Assembly: GCA_012730015.1 (NCBI GenBank)
Contig: JAAYBT010000221.1
Span: forward strand, 1 to 56,262
DNA: 56,262 bases
Source of the DNA: Clostridiaceae bacterium
Lineage (GTDB): Bacteria > Bacillota > Clostridia > Acetivibrionales > DTU013
Direction of reading: 5' to 3'
A model generated the notes under the pieces. The model searched no databases and was not told where the DNA came from. It was given only the letters and a program-made list of their open reading frames with translations. Position 1 is the first letter of the stretch; each line of letters starts with the position of its first letter. The translations under genes and the position numbers were made by a program. Below, piece by piece: positions 28,158-37,969 of this stretch.

Positions 28158-29816
28158 CTACTTCAGCACCGCTCCGGTACTGGCTGAGGTTACAAGCCTG
28201 GAATATCTACCCAGATAACCGGTCGTATTCCTAGGCTTGGGAGCCTTCCAGGAGCTCATCCTGTTTTTAAGCTCCTCCTCGGGCACATCTACATTAAGCC
28301 TTCCCTCGGGTATATTAATCTCGATAATGTCACCTTCCTGAACCGCTGCGATCATGCCACCTTCCATAGCCTCAGGCGATACGTGTCCTATGCTTGCTCC
28401 CCTGGAGGCACCAGAAAATCTTCCATCGGTTATCAGCGCAACATCCTTGTCCAACCCCATACCCGCTATCGCCGATGTCGGCCCAAGCATTTCCCTCATC
28501 CCGGGGCCGCCCTTTGGTCCTTCATAGCGGATTATGATCACATCACCTTTTCTAATCCTGCCATTATAAATTGCTTCTATTGCAGCCTCTTCAGAATCGA
28601 ACACCCTGGCAGGCCCCTTGTGCACAAGCATTTCCTCTGCAACAGCAGAGCGTTTAACGACTGCTCCGTCAGGTGCGATATTTCCCCTGAGGATTGCTAT
28701 GCCACCAGTGGGGCTGTAGGGCTTCTCGATGCTCCTGATAATACTTGCGTCTGTCACTTCAGCATTACTAATATTCTCTGCCACGGTTTTACCTGTGACA
28801 GTCATAAGCCCCAGATGCAGAAAGTCTTTTTTTGAAAGCTCCTTCATTACAGCCTGAACTCCGCCTGCGGCATAGAGATCTTGCACATGATGGTCTCCTG
28901 CCGGAGCCAGCTTGCAAAGGTTTGGTACTCTGGCACTAATCTGATTGATAATATCCAGATTAATGACAATCCCCAGCTCATGGGCAATTGCGGGAAGATG
29001 CAGAACCGAATTAGTCGAGCAGCCCAGCGCCATATCCACACAAAGCGCATTCTCAAAGGCTTCTTGCGTGAGTATGTCCGAAGGCCGAATGTTCTTTTCC
29101 ACAAGCTCCATGACCTTCATTCCTGCTTGCTTGGCCAATCGCACTCTTTGCGCATATACTGCGGGGATAGTACCATTGCCGGGAAGTCCCATACCCAGAA
29201 CCTCTGTGAGACAGTTCATAGAATTTGCCGTAAACATACCCGAACACGACCCACACCCGGGGCATGCATGGTCCTCATATTCCGCAACGTCCTCTTGTGT
29301 CATCATCCCTGCCTTACAAGCTCCTACAGCTTCAAAAACGCTATTTAAATCCAATTGCTTTCCGTTTCGTTTCAATGAGAGCATAGGCCCGCCACTGATA
29401 ACTATTGATGGCACATTAATTCTTGCTGCCGCCATTAGCATTCCGGGAACAATCTTATCACAGTTCGGTATGAAAACCATGCCATCGAAGCTGTGTGCAA
29501 GCCCCATAGCTTCGCAGGAGTCTGCTATTAGTTCTCTGGAAGCAAGGGAATATTTCATGCCCTCATGTCCCATGGCAATACCGTCACATATGCCTATGGC
29601 TCCGAATTCAACAGGCGTCCCGCCTGCCATCCGTATCCCGGCCTTGACTGCCTCCGCTATCTTATCCAGGTGTATATGTCCCGGCACAATTTCATTTTTA
29701 GAATTTACCACTCCTATAAGTGGCCTGCTTATCTCCTCATCCGTATATCCCATGGCTTTGAAGAGCGCCCTGTGCGGAGCCCTCTCAACGCCCTTCTTAA
29801 TTTTGTCACTTGTCAT
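28158..29816 (-). CDS. ilvD: Dihydroxy-acid dehydratase
   Basis: 552 aa with IlvD/Edd motifs [21 protein letters not shown] and [11 protein letters not shown]. Confidence 0.96.
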   Translation of the reverse strand: MTSDKIKKGVERAPHRALFKAMGYTDEEISRPLIGVVNSKNEIVPGHIHLDKIAEAVKAGIRMAGGTPVEFGAIGICDGIAMGHEGMKYSLASRELIADSCEAMGLAHSFDGMVFIPNCDKIVPGMLMAAARINVPSIVISGGPMLSLKRNGKQLDLNSVFEAVGACKAGMMTQEDVAEYEDHACPGCGSCSGMFTANSMNCLTEVLGMGLPGNGTIPAVYAQRVRLAKQAGMKVMELVEKNIRPSDILTQEAFENALCVDMALGCSTNSVLHLPAIAHELGIVINLDIINQISARVPNLCKLAPAGDHHVQDLYAAGGVQAVMKELSKKDFLHLGLMTVTGKTVAENISNAEVTDASIIRSIEKPYSPTGGIAILRGNIAPDGAVVKRSAVAEEMLVHKGPARVFDSEEAAIEAIYNGRIRKGDVIIIRYEGPKGGPGMREMLGPTSAIAGMGLDKDVALITDGRFSGASRGASIGHVSPEAMEGGMIAAVQEGDIIEINIPEGRLNVDVPEEELKNRMSSWKAPKPRNTTGYLGRYSRLVTSASTGAVLK

Positions 29817-29880
29817 CTCACTCGCCCGCCCTTCTTCATAATGGCTAATTATAACTTTATTTTACCCTGATGACTGTCGC

Positions 29881-29915
29881 CTATTAAAACAGCCGGGTTT
29901 TGTTATCCCCGGCTG
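29881..29915 (-). terminator. Rho-independent terminator in the cvpA-ilvD spacer
   Basis: The minus strand reads CAGCCGGG-N10-CCCGGCTG followed by TTTTAATAG. A TTATAAT -10-like box (29848-29854) lies downstream of it and before the ilvD RBS. Confidence 0.65.
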
Positions 29916-30133
29916 ACTTTGCTCCCTCATAGAAGCCTTGTTAAAAGTATTCTACTACTTTTCCCAGTATAATGTCCATAAATAAATACAAAAAGGTCAG
30001 AAGCATTACTTTTCAAGCTCTGGCAGTGCAAAATACATGAACCTTTCTGATTGCCATCTATTGATGTCTACTGACGCCCATTGTCACATCCTGTCATCCG
30101 ATTGATAGCAGTTATTACCGCACCGCCTAGTCC

Positions 30134-30847
30134 TTATACAACACCGCTGCTTGGAAAGAGCATACCCATAATGAAATTATTCTCATAGAAGCCTCTGGCG
30201 AAAAGAGATGTCCTGATATTTTCGAAAATCGGAGTAAATCCCGGGTTCGAATTGAACATCACCAATATGGCGCATATTATGTAAATGGCAAGAAAGCCCT
30301 GGAGAGCTCCCAGAATAAACCCGCCAAGCTTATTTATCTGCCTAAATACCGGCAGCTTTGATACCCCTTTAAGTAGGAGCCCAATAAAGCCTGTAACAAT
30401 CCTCAAAACGATATATAAGACAATCAGGCTTAACACGGATATGATCATCTTTGTCAGCTCTTCACCTATTGCATTATAAATCACATCCAGATTAATCAAT
30501 TCCGTTGGTGAGGGCATATTGCCGAGCAAGGACTCCTTTATGAATAAGGGTAGGGCCAGTTGTCCGAGCATTGCCTGCACACCCTCTGTGCCTGCCGGAG
30601 CAGCAGACGATGCGGCGAAGGCTTCTTGACTTATAGTCGGAAGATTCTTTACTATTACGTTCTTTATTATGTCGAAGACTGCTGATTTCTCAAGCAAGGC
30701 TGCAAATACCGGTGCAAGCTTAATTGAAAGAAAAATACACACTACAAAAGCCAGCAATTTGTAAACCGACATGATAAACCCCTTGGACAAACCAATAATA
30801 GCGAATAGGGCAATCAAGCCTAAAACAACAATATCACTCCAGTTCAT
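30134..30847 (-). CDS. cvpA: CvpA family membrane protein
   Basis: Multi-TM protein beginning MNWSDIVVLGLIALFAIIGLSKGFI, a typical CvpA N-terminus. The start is moved to ATG 30847, behind GGAGGG. Confidence 0.75.
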   Translation of the reverse strand: MNWSDIVVLGLIALFAIIGLSKGFIMSVYKLLAFVVCIFLSIKLAPVFAALLEKSAVFDIIKNVIVKNLPTISQEAFAASSAAPAGTEGVQAMLGQLALPLFIKESLLGNMPSPTELINLDVIYNAIGEELTKMIISVLSLIVLYIVLRIVTGFIGLLLKGVSKLPVFRQINKLGGFILGALQGFLAIYIICAILVMFNSNPGFTPIFENIRTSLFARGFYENNFIMGMLFPSSGVV

Positions 30848-30893
30848 ATTCCCTCCAAACTGCCGGTTAACAACCGACTTCATCAATTTATAA

Positions 30894-32093
30894 TTAATAT
30901 ACGTTAATTACCGCAACTTGTCGGTCGGTAATCACGGCGGCCTGTCGTTTGTCTAAAAGGCATACCTGCTTTATTGGTGAGCCTGCTTCATATCTGCTGA
31001 TGCTTTTGCATTTATCATTAAAAAAATAAGCTATGTCTGAAGTGTTTACGCAAATAGTTCCTCTCTTGGCATTCATTCCTTCCGGCTTGCTCTCTAGTAC
31101 ACCAAAGGCCAATTCCTCCCCCTCCGACGAGTAAATCTTCAGCATTGTTCCATCTGCGCTCTCTTCAACCAGTGCCAGCCTTCCATCCCCGACAGGCTCG
31201 GCGCCTATCACCCTTCTGAAATGCTTCTCCCAGATTAGCTCGCCCGTAGGGCCAATCGAAGCTGCAGCTCTATCTCCCACAGCAAAGATACTATCGTCAT
31301 TATTGTACCAGAAAATAGGCAGCAGCTCAGCAGACTCTTCAAAAGACAGATTTGTCAAATCATTACCCTTCATATCATAGGACTTGTAAATGGAAAACAC
31401 CCCGACGGCACCTGTGTTGATTCCCGATAGGGTGAGCATATTGCCAGACGGCGAAACATTGGCGGAAACCGCAAAATCATTAGCTATGACCTTTTGAAAC
31501 AGCTCCACACCATGCGGTTCAAATACTCTTATCACGTTGTTGTCCCTTTTTGCACCGGTTATAACCGTCACGTACCCATCCTCATTAATGTCGGCATTTA
31601 GAACCGACGTATCAAGCTTCTCTTTCCAGCGAACAGTTTTTTCATCAAGGACGGATATCTCTCCGGTGATTCGATCAGCGACCAAGAGCTGGGATCCTAT
31701 GGTTTTTACGATTGGATTGCTGTATATGAGACCTTCTGACCGGATAATCTCGCCGGTCTTGTCTAAAAACCATATGCCACTGCTGCCGCATTTTACAAGG
31801 TTGCTCTTATATGCCAAGAATATGGGCTTTTCGCCTGCATCATACTCATAGGTATATAAAAGCTGTGCTTCCTTGGCCACATCAGCTGTTGGAATTCGCA
31901 CCTTCTGCATAAGCTCCTTCATATCTGCATCGGGATTAATGCTTCTCTGATATGAAAAAAACGCAACTGTAATAATGCATAAAAACAGCAGAAATGCTGT
32001 AATCATGCCGGCCTTAGACCCTCCAGACCTCGCCTCTTCACGCTCCGGCTGTGTCATCAAAAGGTTCACCCCTGTTTCTTCCTTGGTGTACAT
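30894..32093 (-). CDS. Hypothetical membrane-anchored protein (one N-terminal TM plus a beta-rich ectodomain; possibly DUF5711-type)
   Basis: 399 aa with a TM helix at about residues 30-48. The rest is rich in beta-strand/propeller-like G-x-hydrophobic repeats, and I recognise no catalytic motif. The DUF assignment is from memory only. Confidence 0.45.
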   Translation of the reverse strand: MYTKEETGVNLLMTQPEREEARSGGSKAGMITAFLLFLCIITVAFFSYQRSINPDADMKELMQKVRIPTADVAKEAQLLYTYEYDAGEKPIFLAYKSNLVKCGSSGIWFLDKTGEIIRSEGLIYSNPIVKTIGSQLLVADRITGEISVLDEKTVRWKEKLDTSVLNADINEDGYVTVITGAKRDNNVIRVFEPHGVELFQKVIANDFAVSANVSPSGNMLTLSGINTGAVGVFSIYKSYDMKGNDLTNLSFEESAELLPIFWYNNDDSIFAVGDRAAASIGPTGELIWEKHFRRVIGAEPVGDGRLALVEESADGTMLKIYSSEGEELAFGVLESKPEGMNAKRGTICVNTSDIAYFFNDKCKSISRYEAGSPIKQVCLLDKRQAAVITDRQVAVINVY

Positions 32094-32219
32094 CGCAAGC
32101 TCTTTTGTAAATGCTCCATGTGGTAATTATTTTATCATAGAAATCTATTTCCTGCTATATAGGCTGGCGTGCTTTTGCTGGCGGTCTTTGTTTCGGTTAC
32201 TGTTTAGTGTGCCGGAATG

Positions 32220-33287
32220 TCATGTATCACTCCTTCGCCAATGTTGCAGCTGAGCAATTTTCTGCACCAGCAGCACAATAATCATGAACAGTCCGAGATA
32301 GCCGAATATTGGGTAGATTAAAGATATCAGCCTTGAGAAGCCCAATGTTGATAAGGGCACCGCCGCAAGGCAAGTAAGCATTACAGCAACCCTTCTGTCG
32401 AGTTTAACAGATGCACTGATTCGGTCGGCAAAGCAGAAGCCCGTGGTTACTGCTGAGACCAACATCGCAAGCCACAATACGATGCTATACAGGCTCCCTG
32501 CCGAGCTGCTGAAGCTGCTTAAAATCGCCAGCATGGGGAGCTCCTTATCCATCGCCACAGGGTAAAGCGAACATATAACGGTATGAATGATTAGGGCAGT
32601 AAGGCATAAAATCATTCCTCCGGCAAGCCCACCTACCGTCGCTGTCCTGCGTGTCTTCAAATATGGTAGCAGGCCGCACATCATCACAATCGCCGGTATG
32701 CTGTTGTAGCTAACATAGAGAAGTGACGATACAATCCAGTTCCTCGAAACAAATCTAAGTTGCTCTGAAGCAAGAAAAACCTGTGTGTTACTGAAGAAAA
32801 AAACTGCAACACCGGCAATAATAATTCCACCGACTAGAAGGGGCGTTATAAAAGTGCTTAGGGTCACAATTCCCCTTATGTTTGTCATGATAAGCCCCAG
32901 ACAGATTAAACCCATAATAAGCGCTGCATATACATACGGAAGTCCCAACCAGTCGGAAAGGACGTTCCCTGAACCAGCCAGCATAACACAGAACATGCAC
33001 AGCATGAATACAGTCACAGAAACATTAATAACCCATCCTACACGCCAGCCGAATGTGGGATAGAGAAACTCCTCGTAATTTCTAATCCTCTCAGTGTGAA
33101 TCTTCCTTAGCACAATGCTACCCAGAACAGCAAACATAAAACCGGCAAGCATTATACCGTAAAAGCCCCCATTGCTGTAGTTGGAAAAGAACTGCATTAT
33201 CTCCTGCCCGGAGGCAAAGCCCGCTCCGATAATACTTGTGGCGTATATGCAGGCAACCTTAACAATATTCTTAAGCTCCTCGGTCAT
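32220..33287 (-). CDS. YkvI-like polytopic membrane protein (putative transporter)
   Basis: 355 aa with about 10-11 TM segments and an N-terminal IIGAGFASGQEIMQFF signature, as in YkvI-family proteins. Confidence 0.65.
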   Translation of the reverse strand: MTEELKNIVKVACIYATSIIGAGFASGQEIMQFFSNYSNGGFYGIMLAGFMFAVLGSIVLRKIHTERIRNYEEFLYPTFGWRVGWVINVSVTVFMLCMFCVMLAGSGNVLSDWLGLPYVYAALIMGLICLGLIMTNIRGIVTLSTFITPLLVGGIIIAGVAVFFFSNTQVFLASEQLRFVSRNWIVSSLLYVSYNSIPAIVMMCGLLPYLKTRRTATVGGLAGGMILCLTALIIHTVICSLYPVAMDKELPMLAILSSFSSSAGSLYSIVLWLAMLVSAVTTGFCFADRISASVKLDRRVAVMLTCLAAVPLSTLGFSRLISLIYPIFGYLGLFMIIVLLVQKIAQLQHWRRSDT

Positions 33288-33337
33288 TAAAACAGCTCCC
33301 AGCCATAGAATTAAGCTATATCATTCTATGTGGGAGC
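33288..33337 (-). terminator. Long hairpin plus U-tract ending 7 nt before the ykvI-like ATG; it acts as a terminator and sequesters the RBS
   Basis: The minus strand reads GCTCCCA-CATAGAAT-N11-ATTCTATG-GC-TGGGAGC-TGTTTTA-ATG. The only SD-like GGGAG lies in the 3' arm. Confidence 0.6.
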
Positions 33338-33382
33338 CGTTCTTTAAATTACTCAGCTATGATATTTTGAAGGCTATTGAGC

Positions 33383-34783
33383 TCAGCTACCGGCAAGGAA
33401 GTCTATCATTTCATCATAGGCTTCCTTCATGCCGCGCACACCGAACTCTCCTTTGTTCTTTCTAACCAAAATGCCCGCATATTCGCCGTTTCTGACCACA
33501 TAATAATAGTTGTCGTCCTTTGAAACATATTCAACCTTCATCGTTCCATCCTTTAGGGTGTATTCAATCGTAATCTCGGCCTCTCCTGTTGGCTCGCCAT
33601 CCACATCAATCTCATCCAGGCTTATGCCAATGAGAGCCTGGTAGAACTTTCTGAAGGGCTGGTCATCCTCTTCATTCTTACCAGACGCATCTATCCCGTT
33701 TACGGTAAACTTGTCCTTATCGTTATCGGTTTTCCCCTCTGCATCCTTATAAACATCAAGGGTCATATTGGTGGTTTTGCCGCCCATGGTCAAATCAATC
33801 TTCTCTACCTGATCAATGTTGACAATATAAGCAAATACACCAACAATTTCCTTCAGCGGCTTATCCAGGAAGCCAAAGTTAGATATATCCATTGTAAACA
33901 CTTCATCGCTGCCGCCCAGCTGTGCATATATTTCAGAGCCCTTCACCTTCTCGGTACCCATGCTCAGCCTAAATGATCCGTGAGATGCCGTTGTAAACTC
34001 AAATACATAAGAAGGGCTAGCAAGGCCATACTGGGCAAGGTCTGTGGGGCTATCCTCCACGAAGCTTGAAAAGGTTGAATTAACAAGCGCATCCAGCATC
34101 GGTGTCAGAGCAGTTGAATTGGTGGTACCCTTAATCGGTGCGACCATTGACCATTCCTTGCCTGCGCTGTCCGTCTGAGCTGCAAACACATTTTCGCCCT
34201 TTCTGTCCAATGACAGTGACCTAATGTCTTCATAGGTAAAGTCAAACATTTGCTTAGATCTCATGCCATTTCTGCTGGTAACAAGACTATTCCCTGTATA
34301 AGAGCTAATCGTATAAACATCGCTCTTGCCGCTGAGCTTCACATAATACCCGCTCCCGGTTGGAGTTTCATCTCCGATCTCAAGCACTGTATCCTTATTG
34401 TCCTTAGCATTAATCGTGACAGTTATGACATTATCAAGCCCATACTTGCCCAAATCCTGAGCATTCTCCTCTATCAGCTTGTCAGCAACAATGGAGGCTG
34501 CATTTATTACTATGCTGCTCAAAATCGATGAGTCATACTTGAGGTCCGTGGGCGCAGATAATACCCATTCCGTGTCCTCTTTCACAATAACAAAGGTGCC
34601 ATCAGGATTCTCCAGCTTCACTGATTCAATCTGATCAGTGGTATACTCAGTAAGCCTGATTATGTCGTCGGAAGTGTTACCCGGCAAATCGCCCTTCGGC
34701 TTCAACCGGTCAATTGCGAAATATACTCCAACAAGAAGCGCAACTATTACGATAAGAATAATTGCATTCCTGTACAATTTCAT
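33383..34783 (-). CDS. DUF4340-like membrane-anchored protein, accessory to the GldG-like ABC system
   Basis: 466 aa with an N-terminal TM anchor (AIILIVIVALLVGVYFAI). There is a 4-nt ATGA overlap with the upstream GldG-like gene. The family call rests on gene order and architecture. Confidence 0.55.
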   Translation of the reverse strand: MKLYRNAIILIVIVALLVGVYFAIDRLKPKGDLPGNTSDDIIRLTEYTTDQIESVKLENPDGTFVIVKEDTEWVLSAPTDLKYDSSILSSIVINAASIVADKLIEENAQDLGKYGLDNVITVTINAKDNKDTVLEIGDETPTGSGYYVKLSGKSDVYTISSYTGNSLVTSRNGMRSKQMFDFTYEDIRSLSLDRKGENVFAAQTDSAGKEWSMVAPIKGTTNSTALTPMLDALVNSTFSSFVEDSPTDLAQYGLASPSYVFEFTTASHGSFRLSMGTEKVKGSEIYAQLGGSDEVFTMDISNFGFLDKPLKEIVGVFAYIVNIDQVEKIDLTMGGKTTNMTLDVYKDAEGKTDNDKDKFTVNGIDASGKNEEDDQPFRKFYQALIGISLDEIDVDGEPTGEAEITIEYTLKDGTMKVEYVSKDDNYYYVVRNGEYAGILVRKNKGEFGVRGMKEAYDEMIDFLAGS

Positions 34784-36237
34784 AAATGACGCCTCCTTAA
34801 AAATACTACCAGACCTGTACTGAGTATCAGAAGCGGGAACAGGATAAGAAGCGCTCCGCCTACAATGCTGGTCTGCTGCTGCGTTATCGTAATCCTGTTA
34901 TTTTCATAATCCTTAGCGGGCACGATTATCTCCTCCTGCTTGTCAATCATCCAGTTCATGGAATGCAGGAAGAAAACCATACTGTTATTATAGTAGTTAC
35001 CAAAGTTTTGATAAGCACTGTCGCTAATGAATGAGGCATTTCCCATTACAATAATCTTGCTCGGAACCATCCCGCCTTTGTATTCTACAGCTACAGCTAT
35101 ATCGAGTGGCCCGTTCAGGTCGTCGCCCCTGGACTTGTCAACCATCTCTCCTATGGCATTTTCGCTGGTTCTCATCAGCGAAGTGGCTGTGATATATTCC
35201 TTCGCATTCTTTAGTATACTAACGCTTCTGGAGTTGTTCAACACCGTGTTAAATCTTTGGGGAATGATGCTGTTACTGTTTACACTCAGAAGTATAGTGT
35301 TGGGATCATTTGGTATATGATTGTTTTCGTTAGTTTCCTTGACCCTGTCATAGTTTACAGCAAGGTTAAACTTACTGAACAAGCTGTTAAACTGGTCATA
35401 GGATGGATCGTTTGGCTGGTAGTCAAACATGAATATAGCATTTCCACCATTATTGAGATATTCGTCAAGTACATCCTTTTCATTTAATGTAATATCCTTG
35501 CCAGGGGAAGCTACAATAACCATTTCAGCATCCTCGGGGACCTTATCCACTGAAATGAGATTAAGCTTCTTTACAAGAAAATTATTCTTTTCCAGGTAGT
35601 CCTTAACATTCTTATACTCATAGTCCATGTCGATTTCGTCATGGCCCTCTGTAAAATATACAACAGGTGTCACTTCAGCCGTCACATATTTGATTGCTCC
35701 TGTAAATCCCTGCTCTGCAGTGGAGCCGGTTGTATAGGTCTGGAAAGAGCTCTGATCGAACTGTACTGCAAACAAATCATAGTATTGCAGCTTCTTTCTC
35801 TTCTCATTGCCATTTACGACGCTGCGTACTACAAAGTTAGTACTCTTAAGCTCCATAGTGCCATCCGGATCAAGCTCATTGATAATGGTCGGATCTTTAT
35901 CGGGATCTATATACTTCACCTTTATATGTGGATTCTTCTGATAAAGAGCTAATAAATCGGTAACCTGCTTGAACTCACTATCAGCCGAAATCTTGCCATC
36001 ATCGAAAAGTCCAATTATCTCTACATCCTGCTCCAGCTTGTCCAGCTCGGTTTTTGTCACATCCGAAAGAGAAAACAACTTGTTAGGAGTTAAGTCCAGC
36101 TTCAAATCAAGCGTGCCTACCAGCAAGTTCACCAATACAGCAATTGCTATAACGGCTACGATTAGGATGGCAGAATTCGAACCGTATTTAAGACTCCTTC
36201 TATTAAAAATCTTCTTCAAAACGTTCTTCTTTTCCAT
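34780..36237 (-). CDS. GldG-like ABC-transporter auxiliary protein (ABC-type uncharacterized transport system component)
   Basis: 485 aa with N- and C-terminal TM anchors flanking a large extracytoplasmic domain. It follows the ABC-2 permease and ATPase genes. Confidence 0.6.
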   Translation of the reverse strand: MEKKNVLKKIFNRRSLKYGSNSAILIVAVIAIAVLVNLLVGTLDLKLDLTPNKLFSLSDVTKTELDKLEQDVEIIGLFDDGKISADSEFKQVTDLLALYQKNPHIKVKYIDPDKDPTIINELDPDGTMELKSTNFVVRSVVNGNEKRKKLQYYDLFAVQFDQSSFQTYTTGSTAEQGFTGAIKYVTAEVTPVVYFTEGHDEIDMDYEYKNVKDYLEKNNFLVKKLNLISVDKVPEDAEMVIVASPGKDITLNEKDVLDEYLNNGGNAIFMFDYQPNDPSYDQFNSLFSKFNLAVNYDRVKETNENNHIPNDPNTILLSVNSNSIIPQRFNTVLNNSRSVSILKNAKEYITATSLMRTSENAIGEMVDKSRGDDLNGPLDIAVAVEYKGGMVPSKIIVMGNASFISDSAYQNFGNYYNNSMVFFLHSMNWMIDKQEEIIVPAKDYENNRITITQQQTSIVGGALLILFPLLILSTGLVVFLRRRHL

Positions 36238-36242
36238 CTATA

Positions 36243-36947
36243 TCACCCCTGACTCCAGCGTCTTTTTTCTATTACCCTTATTGTGATGAATAAAAATACT
36301 GTAATGAAACTCAGATAGTATACTACAGGGCTCAAGCCCAGTATTCCTCTTGTGAAATCCTCATACCTGGTAAGCAGAGAAAACCAGCCAAGCACTTTAG
36401 CTGCAAAGCCGCCAAGCATGCCGCCCAGACTGCCAGCCAGCCACATGATTAGAAGCATAACATAGCTTACGATTACTGCTACTACCTGACTTTCAGTCAG
36501 AGAGGAGCAAAATACTCCAACCGAAATGAATGTCATTCCCAGAAGAATAAAGCCGATATATCCACCTACCAGCCCGGCGGTAAATGTTGCTCCAAAGGCA
36601 AGTAATACAATCGGATATATCAAAGACAAAAGCGTCAGAACAAGAAACACAAAGCACACTGCCAGATATTTCCCGACTACCATAGATGTGATGCTGGCCG
36701 GGGATGTAATCAGAAGAACCTCCGTGCCGTTCTTTCTGTCTTCTGCCAGTATTCTCATGGTAAGAACCGGCACTATAAACAAGAGGATAAAGCCCATGTT
36801 TGATAGTACGTTGTTAAAAGATCCAACCTGGTACATAAGGTTTGGAATGAAAAATATGGATGTCAAAAGCATAAACAATCCAATGAGTATATAGGCCATG
36901 GGAGAATAAAAATAGGATTTGACCTCTTTCCAGAATATTGCTGACAT
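36243..36947 (-). CDS. ABC-2 type transporter permease (GldF-like)
   Basis: 234 aa with 6 predicted TM segments, immediately downstream of the ATPase gene. Confidence 0.75.
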   Translation of the reverse strand: MSAIFWKEVKSYFYSPMAYILIGLFMLLTSIFFIPNLMYQVGSFNNVLSNMGFILLFIVPVLTMRILAEDRKNGTEVLLITSPASITSMVVGKYLAVCFVFLVLTLLSLIYPIVLLAFGATFTAGLVGGYIGFILLGMTFISVGVFCSSLTESQVVAVIVSYVMLLIMWLAGSLGGMLGGFAAKVLGWFSLLTRYEDFTRGILGLSPVVYYLSFITVFLFITIRVIEKRRWSQG

Positions 36948-36950
36948 GCG

Positions 36951-37898
36951 TCAATCAACCTCCTTTTCCCGGGTAACAATTTGCAGGAATATGTCCTCAA
37001 GACTTAAGTTAAGACCCTTCAATTCAAGGATGGGATAGCCAAGCTTGGCCATTGCATAAAACAGAGGCTTCCTGACATCGATCTCTTTATCGGACTCTAC
37101 GATATAGCTAAAGCAGTCTCTCTCCTTCTCCGCCCCGGCCTCTACGTATTTAATTCCGTATATTTCCCTAATTGCGTTTTCTACAGAGTTTTGCGGTCCG
37201 GCAACAGTCACCTGGAACTTGGTGGCGACGCTGAATCCCTTGGAAAGGTTTTCAGGAGTGTCGATTGCCGCTATTTCACCCTTGTTGATAATAACTACCC
37301 TCTCACAAACAGCACTAACCTCAGGAAGGATATGAGAGCTGAGAATAATAGTATGATCCTTGCCAAGTGCTTTGATGAGCTTACGGATTTCTATGATTTG
37401 CTTTGGATCAAGACCTACTGTAGGCTCGTCCAATACAAGCACCTGTGGGTTGCCAACAAGGGCTTGCGCAAGGCCTACTCTCTGCTTATATCCCTTTGAG
37501 AGATTCTTAATCAGCCTGTCCTTATGATCCCCTATTTTTACAAGCTCCATGATGTCACTTATCTGATTTTTCTTTAGTTTCTTATCGGCCAGCTTCAGAT
37601 CGGCAACAAAGTTTAGATAATCCTTAACCGTCATGTCCGTATATAACGGGGGTTGCTCGGGAAGATAGCCTGTAAGCTTTTTTACTTCCTTTGGTGATTC
37701 CATGATGTCATAGCCGCCAACCTTTACAGTACCCTCACTGGACGGGATATAGCCGGTTATGATATTCATTGTAGTAGACTTGCCCGCTCCATTCGGCCCG
37801 AGAAATCCTAGAACTTCACCTTTTTCAACAGTAAAATTCAGATTGTTTACAGCTTTTATCTGACCATATCGTTTGGTCAAATTCTGTATCTCTATCAT
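36951..37898 (-). CDS. ABC transporter ATP-binding protein (GldA-like)
   Basis: Walker A GPNGAGKST, signature LSKGYKQRV, Walker B VLVLDEPT and an H-loop SSH. Confidence 0.92.
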   Translation of the reverse strand: MIEIQNLTKRYGQIKAVNNLNFTVEKGEVLGFLGPNGAGKSTTMNIITGYIPSSEGTVKVGGYDIMESPKEVKKLTGYLPEQPPLYTDMTVKDYLNFVADLKLADKKLKKNQISDIMELVKIGDHKDRLIKNLSKGYKQRVGLAQALVGNPQVLVLDEPTVGLDPKQIIEIRKLIKALGKDHTIILSSHILPEVSAVCERVVIINKGEIAAIDTPENLSKGFSVATKFQVTVAGPQNSVENAIREIYGIKYVEAGAEKERDCFSYIVESDKEIDVRKPLFYAMAKLGYPILELKGLNLSLEDIFLQIVTREKEVD

Positions 37899-37918
37899 TT
37901 TTTTCCCTCCTGCTATTC

Positions 37919-37933
37919 ATGTCAGTCTGACAT
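37919..37933. promoter_or_regulatory. Palindrome ATGTCAG-T-CTGACAT just upstream of the ABC ATPase RBS
   Basis: Perfect 7-1-7 inverted repeat in the 5' UTR or operator region. Confidence 0.35.
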
Positions 37934-37969
37934 ATAACGCTACAACAATTATGAAATATACTTTTTAAT

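Noticed and set aside
28945-29841. Long plus-strand ORFs antisense to ilvD (298 aa), hisG (51637..52272, 211 aa), rplA (9018..9674, 218 aa) and ilvB (26682..27320, 212 aa)
   Set aside because: These are Ser/Pro/Leu-rich shadow frames opposite well-conserved enzymes. They have no SD sequences, and every confidently assigned gene in the window is on the minus strand.
29817-30133. A T-box riboswitch or leader-peptide attenuator upstream of ilvD-ilvB
   Set aside because: There is no T-box consensus (AANNNGGGTGGTACCGCG-like), no specifier/AG-bulge architecture, and the only short ORF has no run of Ile/Leu/Val codons.
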